From Patescibacteria group bacterium (GTDB taxonomy: Bacteria; Patescibacteriota; UBA1384; UBA12157; JAENIV01), in NCBI GenBank assembly GCA_049515915.1, contig JBEKTP010000005.1, forward strand, positions 15,307-79,306: DNA of 64,000 nt. The letters are read 5' to 3'. Below the pieces are notes generated by a model. That model ran no database searches. It had not been told where the DNA came from and saw only the letters and a list, made by a program, of their open reading frames with translations. Shown here piece by piece: positions 41,320 through 49,688 of this stretch. Made by a program: the position numbers and the translations under genes. Numbering within the stretch: the stretch's first letter is position 1; each line of letters opens with the position of its first letter.

Positions 41320-41575
41320 AATGATGGCTGAGTACGGCGCAATATTTTTTTTGCTAAAATCAATAGCCCTTTCGGGAATACGGTTACGAAGGCGTTTTTT
41401 AAAAAGTTGATAGTACCAAAAATATCCCTTAATTACCTTTTTAATCTTGTTAATCCTGCTGATTTTTTCTTCAAGTTCTACAGCTTTGTTTTCGTCTGTC
41501 GGCTCTAAAATTGGCGCCTCCTTAAAAAGATTGACAAGTTCAAATTTAACTAATCGCCAACTTTATGTCAAATCG

Positions 41576-43462
41576 CTAGTTTCCGATTTTTCTCGCCCTT
41601 ACCTCCTTTTTATAGCACTCTAAAATATCACCAACTAATATTTTAGTCTCGGTAATAACTTTTAGCCCACACTCAAAACCTTCTAAAACCTCATGAACAT
41701 CGTTTTTATTTTGCTGAAGGTTCTCAACTCTACCTTCACCAATAGTATCTTTATCACGGGTGATTTTGACTTCGGTCTTGTTTTCGATTTGGCCGGTTGT
41801 CACTTTGCCGCCAATAATTTTTTCGTTTCGGTGAACTTTAAAAACAGCTAAAACTTCCAAGCGGCCAATTTCGGTTTCGATTATTTCCGGTTCCAAGAGC
41901 CCCGACAAAGCCGCCGCCAGATCGTCGATAAGTTGGTAAATAATATCATAAATTGAAATTTTAATATTTTCGCGGCGAGCCAAATTCATCACGTCAGCAT
42001 CGACTTTGACCCGAAAACCAATCACTAAAGCGTTTGAAGCTAAAGCCATATTGATATCTGATTCTGAGACATCGCCTACGCCTTCATGGATAATATTGAT
42101 TTTAACTTCCTCGGTCGAAATGTTTTTTAAGGATGTCGTAATGGCTTTAAGCGAGCCGTTGACATCGGCTTTAAGAACAATATTTAATTCCTTGATTTTG
42201 CCTTCTTTAATATCGCTGGATAATTCGGTAATCGAAAGCACTTTTCGTTTGATTGTCTTGGCTTTGGTCATTTCGCGAGCATTTTTTTCATCGGCGACCA
42301 CCTCAAAGCGGTCGCCAAAATTAGGCAAATCCTGCAGTCCAGCGATTTGGACTGGCGTTGACGGACCAGCTGTTAAAATTTTTTTACTTAAATAATTTTC
42401 CATAATCCGAATTTTGCCATAGGTTCGACCAATAACGACCGGATCACCCAGTTTTAAAGTTCCTTCTTGGACTAAAACCGTGGCCAGCGGCCCCAAACCA
42501 GCTTGCATATGAGACTCAATCACCACGCCGGAGGCCGGCAAGTTCGGATCGGCTTTAAGCTCGGCTAAATCAGCTACTAATAGAATCATTTCTAAAAGGC
42601 TGTCGATATTTTGCCCAGTTTTAGCGGAAACTTCCACTATCGGTGTCTTGCCACCCCATTCCTCAGGCGAGAGTCCAATATCAGCTAATTGCCTTTTGGT
42701 TTTATCAATATCGGCGTCCGGCAAATCCACTTTATTGATCGCGATCACTATGGGTACGTTAGCCGCTTTAGCATGGTTAGCCGCTTCAACCGTTTGCGGT
42801 TTGACACCATCATTGGCGGCAACAACTAAAACGACTACGTCGGTGATATTAGCGCCATGAGCGCGCATCGCCGAAAATGCTTCATGGCCAGGAGTATCTA
42901 AAAAAGTAATCGCCCTTTCTTCATTTTTAATCTTAGATTTTTGATTTTTTATTTTTATCTGGTACGCCCCAATATGTTGAGTGATGCCGCCGGATTCAGT
43001 CGAGACAACATCGGTTTGACGAATGGCGTCGAGTAATTTAGTTTTACCATGATCAACATGACCCATGACGGTGACCACCGGCGCCCGCAGAATTAGATTT
43101 TTCTTTTTATTAATAGTTTTCGCTTTAAGAGCTTTAATATTTGCACTTTCGGTTTTAAGTTTGACTTCGAACCCCAATTCATCGCCAATGATCAACATTG
43201 TATCAAAATCAATGGACTCATTTATCGTGGCCATCACCCCATTTTTAACTAAACTACCAATCACATCCGTCACCGGAAAACCTAAAGCGGCCGCAAACTC
43301 GCGCACGGTCAAAACCGAAGATACCTCAACAGACGGCTTCGCCGCTGATTGCTCATCTTTGATCGCTGCTTGCTCCTTTTTCTGCGATATGCCAGAAGCG
43401 ATATATTTTAGCTCGGCTTTGGCCTCTTTTTTACTCAATTTTCTCTGACGTCTTTTTGCCAT
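41576..43462 (-). CDS. infB: Translation initiation factor IF-2
   Basis: G-domain [24 protein letters not shown] and NKVD motifs plus C-terminal IF-2 domains. Confidence 0.9.
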   Translation of the reverse strand: MAKRRQRKLSKKEAKAELKYIASGISQKKEQAAIKDEQSAAKPSVEVSSVLTVREFAAALGFPVTDVIGSLVKNGVMATINESIDFDTMLIIGDELGFEVKLKTESANIKALKAKTINKKKNLILRAPVVTVMGHVDHGKTKLLDAIRQTDVVSTESGGITQHIGAYQIKIKNQKSKIKNEERAITFLDTPGHEAFSAMRAHGANITDVVVLVVAANDGVKPQTVEAANHAKAANVPIVIAINKVDLPDADIDKTKRQLADIGLSPEEWGGKTPIVEVSAKTGQNIDSLLEMILLVADLAELKADPNLPASGVVIESHMQAGLGPLATVLVQEGTLKLGDPVVIGRTYGKIRIMENYLSKKILTAGPSTPVQIAGLQDLPNFGDRFEVVADEKNAREMTKAKTIKRKVLSITELSSDIKEGKIKELNIVLKADVNGSLKAITTSLKNISTEEVKINIIHEGVGDVSESDINMALASNALVIGFRVKVDADVMNLARRENIKISIYDIIYQLIDDLAAALSGLLEPEIIETEIGRLEVLAVFKVHRNEKIIGGKVTTGQIENKTEVKITRDKDTIGEGRVENLQQNKNDVHEVLEGFECGLKVITETKILVGDILECYKKEVRARKIGN

Positions 43463-43610
43463 GGTAAATTGATTTTATCACCTTCAGGAGTAGATAGCAA
43501 GCATATGAGAAACCCAGCAAACCTTAGACGGTCCACGGGGCTTTTGTTCTTCCCCTCGGTCATTTTAAGAATGTATCGTCAAACGTTCACTCACGATATA
43601 ATAATGTTAA

Positions 43611-43904
43611 ATGAAAAAAGTTATTTTAATTATTGCAATTCTTATTGTAGTTGGTCTGGCCGCCGGCGTAGTTTACTTTTGGCAAACACATAAAAATATG
43701 AAATACACCGATTGGACGACCATTCAAGAACAATTCCAAAGCTGCCGTATTGCGAGTGTTGACCAGACCCATGGCCGCTTAGTCAATCTAATTCTCAAAG
43801 ATGGTTCGCGTGAATATGTTTTGGAGCCAAAAAAAGACTATATAATTGACGAATTGGTCAATGCTCTCAATAAATGCGGTCAAATTGATCTAAAAACTAA
43901 ATAA
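43611..43904 (+). CDS. Hypothetical small signal-anchored protein
   Basis: N-terminal TM (VILIIAILIVVGLAAGVVYFW) and a ~70-aa C-terminal domain with two Cys. TATAAT lies ~14 nt upstream of the ATG. Confidence 0.4.
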   Translation: MKKVILIIAILIVVGLAAGVVYFWQTHKNMKYTDWTTIQEQFQSCRIASVDQTHGRLVNLILKDGSREYVLEPKKDYIIDELVNALNKCGQIDLKTK

Positions 43905-43956
43905 TGTTCTTTCGCGGTAAGGCTTGCAAAAAGTAAACGATTTTAGGAATATGGGT

Positions 43957-43965
43957 GGGGGGGGG
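43957..43965. repeat. G9 homopolymeric tract at the 5' end of the GC-rich islet ORF
   Basis: gtgggggggggag seen directly. It lies within codons 2-4 of the longer GTG-initiated ORF (43955), or 35 nt upstream of the ATG at 44000. Confidence 0.7.
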
Positions 43966-43999
43966 AGCACTTCTCACAATTTATGCAGGAAGGACCACT

Positions 44000-44401
44000 A
44001 TGGAAGTAATTCATCAGATCGTAACTCAGATTGTGATTATGGCGCGCGAGAATGATGGCGGGGAAAGCAGTTTCATCGCCAAGATTCTCGCAAGGAGTCT
44101 CCTGTGCTGCAACATCAAGGTGGTTGCGGCCGGTGAGCCCATCCCCGATCTCAAAGGCGAGGACGACATCCTGGTTCTCTCGACCGAACGGCTCCAAACG
44201 GTCAACCAGGCCGCCGAGATGGTTACCGCCACCGACGGCGAGATCCTGATACTGGAAGAGAACAACGCTTTTCCCGTTCCTGGCGAAGTTCGAACGGTCA
44301 TTACTAACATTCCCAAACTGCACTTCGGGAATGTTACCAGGTTGACAGGAACAGACTTGGCTGAAACCGTCCTCGAACAGATCGCCAAGATCAGACAATA
44401 A
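44000..44401 (+). CDS. Hypothetical 133-aa protein in a GC-rich islet (alternative GTG start at 43955)
   Basis: SD GGAAGGA lies 5 nt upstream of the ATG. A GC hairpin follows the stop. No family was recognised. The antisense ORF 43943-44440 is judged an artefact of high GC. Confidence 0.4.
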   Translation: MEVIHQIVTQIVIMARENDGGESSFIAKILARSLLCCNIKVVAAGEPIPDLKGEDDILVLSTERLQTVNQAAEMVTATDGEILILEENNAFPVPGEVRTVITNIPKLHFGNVTRLTGTDLAETVLEQIAKIRQ

Positions 44402-44422
44402 AATGAACCCGCAGTACCAAAA

Positions 44423-44460
44423 GGCGGGGTGCCCACGCACCCCGCCTAACTCATCTTTAA
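44423..44460 (+). terminator. GC hairpin GGCGGGGUGC-CCAC-GCACCCCGCC with a weak U-tract
   Basis: A 10-bp perfect inverted repeat immediately after the stop of the islet ORF. Confidence 0.35.
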
Positions 44461-44503
44461 TATTTAGTTAGATATTTAGCCGATTTTAATATATAATGAG
44501 GAT

Positions 44504-44923
44504 GTGATTAAGAAATATTTACCTTTTTTCCAACGGAATATGCCGCCGATTCTCAATGCTATGATTGTTATTGGTGTAGGAATTATTTTTAGTCCCTTTC
44601 AACCGTTGCCGCCAAAATTATTCATCATCCTTTTATTTCTCCTCTATAATCTTGGTTGTTTTTTTCTCAACAAAAATCGCGACATTGGTATGGCGATGGT
44701 TGGTGCTTATTGGAAACAACAATATCCTAAACCTCAGCAGATTCTCTATATCGCCCTTTACACATTGAGTTTTGCCTCAATTTTCTACCATATTTTTTTC
44801 CCCTTCGATTTGCTTTTATTCAATATTGTTCTCCTACAAGTCCCTACCCTTCTTTTCAGCGGAATGACTTTTCCGGCCTTCTTGGCCGGACGAATGCAAA
44901 TTGTTGCCGGTAAACCGTTCTAA
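44504..44923 (+). CDS. Hypothetical polytopic membrane protein
   Basis: Four or five hydrophobic helices and no recognisable family. Confidence 0.4.
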   Translation: MIKKYLPFFQRNMPPILNAMIVIGVGIIFSPFQPLPPKLFIILLFLLYNLGCFFLNKNRDIGMAMVGAYWKQQYPKPQQILYIALYTLSFASIFYHIFFPFDLLLFNIVLLQVPTLLFSGMTFPAFLAGRMQIVAGKPF

Positions 44924-44999
44924 TTTACTTCATATACCAAAAAGAGCCCAAACTACAGCCTCTTTCTAAATCGTTAATTAGCATGCTTAAAGATCATTT

Positions 45000-47900
45000 T
45001 CAATTGTCTCCACCTTCTCCACCCCAATAGTTTGGCTCACTTTTCTTTTTAAATAAATTAGGCAGGTTTTGGTCGATAGTTTTATTAGGATTGCCTTTGG
45101 GCGATTCGTCTTTTTTGGTATAATCGTTGACTTTGATATCTTTTCGGTTTTTAAAAATTTGCGGTTGGCGCCACGAGTCCGCGTGAACTTTCGCCCAATC
45201 GGGAATTTTCTTCTCTTTCTCCTCTGATTTGCTTTCGGCGTTTTGGACCACGGGCGATGGCTTCTTTGACCCTTTTTCTTCGGCCGGTTTTTCTTTAATT
45301 TGCTCTTCAACTTCTTCCTCGACCCTTGCTTCCTCACTTATCTTAATAGTTGGAACTTCGTCATCTTCATCACTTTTTACATCATCAAGATCACCCCCAG
45401 TATTCGGCTCGCTCGGCAAATCAAGTTTATCAGTCATATCCTTTTTGATTACGGTAACAGAAGTGACTTTATCGCCAGAATTTAATTTGATCAGTGTGAC
45501 GCCTTGCGTGTCACGCTGCAATTCTTTAATCGAGGAAAGGGACATTCTAATAACTTGGCCTTTGGATGAAGCCAAAATAACATCGTAGTCTTCGCCGTAG
45601 ACCAGCCGCATGCCGACAATCGGCCCGGTCCGTTCGGTCACATTAGCCGCTCGAATACCCATCCCACCGCGAATCTGAGTTTTAAATTGGGGCAGTGGCG
45701 TACGTTTACCAAAGCCTTTTTCTAAAACAATCAAAGCATCAGCATCTTTCTCGCGTTCAGGGCTGACAACGTCAGTTGAAACAACATAATCATTTGCGCG
45801 TAGGGCAATACCACGCACACCAGCCGCGGTGCGGCCCATTGGCCGGATATCGGTTTCCTCATAAAGAATCGATTGTCCGCGGGCTGAGACTTGGAATATT
45901 TTTGAATTGCCTTTTGTAAATTTAACCCAGCGTAAGCGGTCATCACCTTTGAGCTTCATTGCCAAAATACCGGTTTTTCGAACTTTACTGTACATCGAAA
46001 GAGTCGTTTTCTTAACTGACCCTTTAGTGGTAGCCATCATGATAAATTTGAATTTTTCTATGTCCTTGGTCGACAAACAAATCATCGACGTCACTTTTTC
46101 TTCGGGCGAAATTTGTAAAATATTGACAATCGCTTGGCCTTTGGCAAGGCGAGAAGCGGCGGGAATTTCATAGACTTTGGTGTGGAAAACGCGGCCTCGA
46201 TCGGTGAAAAAGTAAATATCATCGTGAGTATTAGCGATAATCAAATGCTCAATCATATCTTCTTCGCGCGTTTCCATTCCCATCACCCCTTTGCCGCCGC
46301 GGACTTGACTTTTATAAGCTGCCGCCGGCATTCTTTTGATGTAATTACCACGCGTTAAAATAATAATGACTTGTTCCGATGGGATCAAATCCTCGGCCGA
46401 GAATTTGCCGATTTCTTGTGCGTAGATTTTAGTACGGCGAGGCGAAGGGAATTTATTTTTTAAATCTGTTAATTCTTTTTTGATAATTTCTAAAATCTTT
46501 TGTCCGGATGCTAAAATAGCTTCGAGCGAAGTAATAAGTTTAATTTTTTCTTGATATTCCGTTTCAACTTTTTCGCGTTCAAGAGCAGCCAGTGCCGAAA
46601 GACGCATTTCTAAAATAGCATTGGCCTGGACTTCGTCAAGTTTAAATTTAGTAATAAGCTTTTTTTGAGCCTCATTACGGTTAGTTGATTTACGAATTGT
46701 CGCGACCACTTCGTCGATATTTTTTAGCGCAATGCGCAAGCCTTCCAAAATATGAGCGCGTTCCTTCGCGCGGTCAAGTTCAAATTGAGTGCGGCGACGG
46801 ACAACGACTTGGCGATGTTTGATATATTCTTCCAAAATATTTTTCAAAGTCAAAACGCGCGGTTGTATTCCATCTACTAAAGCGAGCATGTTGACATAAA
46901 ATATCGTCTGCATCGTCGTTAGTTCATAAAGACGGTTTAAGATTTTTTTCGGGTAGGCGTTAGCGCGCAGCTCAATGACAATTCTCACCCCGTCTTTTCG
47001 GTCAGACTCATCGCGCAGATCTGAAATGCCATCGAGTTTTTTTTCTTTAACTAAATCGGCGATCTTTAAAATCAATTCGGCTTTATTAACTTGATAAGGA
47101 ATTTCAGTAACAATAATTCGAAAACCGCGTTTGGTTTCTTCGATATTGGCGACTGCCCGCATTACAATCGCGCCTTTACCGGCCCCGTAGGCATTTTTGA
47201 TTTGCGCGAGTCCATAAATTTCAGCGCCAGTTGGAAAGTCCGGCCCTTTGACAAAAGTCATCAAATCATCAATTGTGCAGTCGAGATTATCGATGAGATA
47301 AATAGCAGCGTCGCAAACTTCACCTAAGTTGTGAGGCGGGATGTTGGTAGCCATACCGACAGCAATACCCATTGAGCCGTTGAGTAGAAGATTCGGCAAT
47401 TTAGCTGGTAAAACTTTTGGTTCTTCGCGGGTGCTATCGTAGTTCGGCACAAAATCAACAGTATCTTTTTCAATATCAGAGAGCAATTCTTCGGCGGGTG
47501 CGGTCAGTCGACATTCGGTATTATGGTTAATAAAACCATTACCTACATACGAATGACACTCACTCTCAACTTTCAAAGAATAAACTTGTGCTCGACCGCC
47601 ATCACTGATCTTTGTTATCGGATCAAAAAGATAATGATTTGACAAGAGTGTCTTAAAAATATTTTTTAAATATGGCTGAACGTTTACTTTTACAGCCGAA
47701 ACAACAGCTTGATAATTCTCTTGCATTTGGAGATAGCGATCAAAATTATGTTTGACAACAAATTGTCGAACATCATGATAACTTAAACTCTCATCAAGAT
47801 TAGACCGTGTATAATCACTTAGTAAAGGCACAAAATCCGTCTGCGATTGTACTTTTTTCAAACCCTGTATAACTACTTTTAATTTATCTTTTTTTATTTT

Positions 47901-49373
47901 GCCTAAGAAATTAATTTCATGATTAAAAATCCGATAATTATCCAAACCACGAACATATAGCTTATAAATGCTTCGATAATGATCCAAGCGCAGAGTACTC
48001 GCGACCCCAAATCTCAAAAGGAGAATTTGAATTTGACGGAGGATTTCATTATTCTTGGAGATACAACTTAACTCTATCATTTTACCACTGGAACTAATTG
48101 TTCCATCCCCTTCAAAATACGCGCTCAAAAAAATACTGACCACTGATTTTGGAGATTGAAAAATTGACCAAGGAACAAGCCGATCTGCGGACTTACACGG
48201 CTTAAGACCAATGCTTTGTAAAAAACGCAAAACGTAGCGGGAATGAATTTCTAAAGTGTAGTATGATTTCTTACCAAATCCAAATGATGATGGTCTTTTT
48301 TTGAATTCATGAAGACGGCAATCCGGAAAAACCCTAAACCATCTCTTTTTAAAATTATTTATCCATTGCTTGTCAGTATTGGAAAATTCCAGCTCATTCT
48401 GACACAATGTTCCTTCAGATAGAAGCGACCCTAAAATATAAGCCAAATCTTGATTAAGCATTTTTGGTAAAACTTTTTTTTGAGCACGAGAATTTTCATC
48501 TTTCGGCCAATAAGGTTTTAGTTGAACCTTTTTCTTGGGCCATAATAAATCCGGAGTCCGGTTAATTACCGCTACATCGCCAAATTTAACTTGACTAAGC
48601 AGCTTCCACTGCAACCCCGGTGCACCATTACTTCCGTCCCCATGCCAAACTAAAATCGGATGATTATAAGAACCCTGAAGAGTATAACCTCTTAGTGTTG
48701 AGATTTTAATTGTTGGATGAGTACCGCTATCAAACCATTTAATAGCCGAGTTGATTTTTTGATTTTTTGAAAGTATTTTGCATTTAATGTCTTCCCGGCT
48801 ATCACTTGAAATGTCTTTGATTGGCATTAAACCCTTATCGGTAATAATTAAAGTATCGCCAGTAACGCAGTAACGCATAGCGGCCGCTTGGTCACCGTCA
48901 ACTGAACCGAAATTTCCCTGACCATCAACAAGGCGAACACCCATCGAAAAATCCTGGGCCAAACGAACGAGCGTATCATAAACGGCAATGTCGCCGTGCG
49001 GATGGTATTTACCCAAAACGTCACCCACCACAGTAGCTGATTTGCGATATTTGGCTTGGTGAGTCAATCCAAGTTCGTTCATCGAAAATAAAACGCGACG
49101 ATGAACTGGCTTTAAACCATCACGAACGTCAGGCAAAGCACGCGAAATAATCACCGACATAGCGTAGTCAAGATAAGATTCGCGCATTTCATTTTCTAAA
49201 ACGCGCCCGCGGACTAGCCCATAATTAGTTTTTTCGTCTTTGCCTTCCTTTTCTTCGGTAAAATCACCTAAAATTTCGGCTTTAGCCACTTCTTCAGGAT
49301 TTAATTCAGCCAATTCTTCAGCTTTAATTTCAGCGATGTTTTTGTCAGGATTATTTTGTTTTTTATCAGCCAT
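45000..49373 (-). CDS. gyrA: DNA gyrase subunit A, interrupted in-frame by an intein; long acidic/Lys-rich C-terminal tail
   Basis: N-terminal GyrA motifs through GDQAAAMRY (active-site Tyr168). An intein follows, then extein resumes at [13 protein letters not shown]. The extein is ~1007 aa. Confidence 0.9.
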   Translation of the reverse strand: MADKKQNNPDKNIAEIKAEELAELNPEEVAKAEILGDFTEEKEGKDEKTNYGLVRGRVLENEMRESYLDYAMSVIISRALPDVRDGLKPVHRRVLFSMNELGLTHQAKYRKSATVVGDVLGKYHPHGDIAVYDTLVRLAQDFSMGVRLVDGQGNFGSVDGDQAAAMRYCVTGDTLIITDKGLMPIKDISSDSREDIKCKILSKNQKINSAIKWFDSGTHPTIKISTLRGYTLQGSYNHPILVWHGDGSNGAPGLQWKLLSQVKFGDVAVINRTPDLLWPKKKVQLKPYWPKDENSRAQKKVLPKMLNQDLAYILGSLLSEGTLCQNELEFSNTDKQWINNFKKRWFRVFPDCRLHEFKKRPSSFGFGKKSYYTLEIHSRYVLRFLQSIGLKPCKSADRLVPWSIFQSPKSVVSIFLSAYFEGDGTISSSGKMIELSCISKNNEILRQIQILLLRFGVASTLRLDHYRSIYKLYVRGLDNYRIFNHEINFLGKIKKDKLKVVIQGLKKVQSQTDFVPLLSDYTRSNLDESLSYHDVRQFVVKHNFDRYLQMQENYQAVVSAVKVNVQPYLKNIFKTLLSNHYLFDPITKISDGGRAQVYSLKVESECHSYVGNGFINHNTECRLTAPAEELLSDIEKDTVDFVPNYDSTREEPKVLPAKLPNLLLNGSMGIAVGMATNIPPHNLGEVCDAAIYLIDNLDCTIDDLMTFVKGPDFPTGAEIYGLAQIKNAYGAGKGAIVMRAVANIEETKRGFRIIVTEIPYQVNKAELILKIADLVKEKKLDGISDLRDESDRKDGVRIVIELRANAYPKKILNRLYELTTMQTIFYVNMLALVDGIQPRVLTLKNILEEYIKHRQVVVRRRTQFELDRAKERAHILEGLRIALKNIDEVVATIRKSTNRNEAQKKLITKFKLDEVQANAILEMRLSALAALEREKVETEYQEKIKLITSLEAILASGQKILEIIKKELTDLKNKFPSPRRTKIYAQEIGKFSAEDLIPSEQVIIILTRGNYIKRMPAAAYKSQVRGGKGVMGMETREEDMIEHLIIANTHDDIYFFTDRGRVFHTKVYEIPAASRLAKGQAIVNILQISPEEKVTSMICLSTKDIEKFKFIMMATTKGSVKKTTLSMYSKVRKTGILAMKLKGDDRLRWVKFTKGNSKIFQVSARGQSILYEETDIRPMGRTAAGVRGIALRANDYVVSTDVVSPEREKDADALIVLEKGFGKRTPLPQFKTQIRGGMGIRAANVTERTGPIVGMRLVYGEDYDVILASSKGQVIRMSLSSIKELQRDTQGVTLIKLNSGDKVTSVTVIKKDMTDKLDLPSEPNTGGDLDDVKSDEDDEVPTIKISEEARVEEEVEEQIKEKPAEEKGSKKPSPVVQNAESKSEEKEKKIPDWAKVHADSWRQPQIFKNRKDIKVNDYTKKDESPKGNPNKTIDQNLPNLFKKKSEPNYWGGEGGDN
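47520..48869 (-). mobile_element. GyrA intein (450 aa) with LAGLIDADG homing-endonuclease domain, inserted after the catalytic Tyr
   Basis: It starts at Cys (CVTGDTLII) immediately after AAMRY and ends ...[22 protein letters not shown], followed by T. Two LAGLIDADG-like blocks ([22 protein letters not shown]). Same insertion site and terminal blocks as the Mxe GyrA intein. Confidence 0.85.
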
Positions 49374-49384
49374 TATACCCTTAA

Positions 49385-49558
49385 TTAATCATTTTTCAGT
49401 TTTTTAAAATCGCCCTTTTCCTTTTTAATATTGGAGGCATTCGCCCGTGGCTTGCCGCGCTGCTTACCCATACCCACTTCCGAATCAAACCAATCCTTGT
49501 GCGGTTGATTATTTTCTAAATAACGGCTACTTTTTTTACCTTTTCGTCGTTTTGGCAT
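49385..49558 (-). CDS. Hypothetical small basic protein (57 aa from Met8, AGAGGT SD)
   Basis: [29 protein letters not shown]... lies between gyrB and gyrA. There is no family match, only RBS support. Confidence 0.3.
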   Translation of the reverse strand: MPKRRKGKKSSRYLENNQPHKDWFDSEVGMGKQRGKPRANASNIKKEKGDFKKLKND

Positions 49559-49688
49559 CTTTACCTCTTTCGTCGACAAGCTAATTGTTGCTCAAAGTAA
49601 CTTGTACAAGCCAAGTATGTAAGCTGCCAATTGACTCGCTGAGTTAATCGACAGCCGATACTTTATGCAATAATAGCGAGCCATATTA

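Noticed and set aside
43943-44440. 165-aa minus-strand ORF covering the fourth GC-rich islet
   Set aside because: It has no RBS, and the sequence looks like antisense read-through of GC-rich DNA. The plus-strand ORF has a good SD and a terminator directly after its stop.
44987-45337. 116-aa Lys/Arg-rich ORF overlapping the 3' end of gyrA in another frame
   Set aside because: It is an alternative-frame translation of the region encoding GyrA's acidic tail, and hence its mirror-image basic composition. It has no independent signals.
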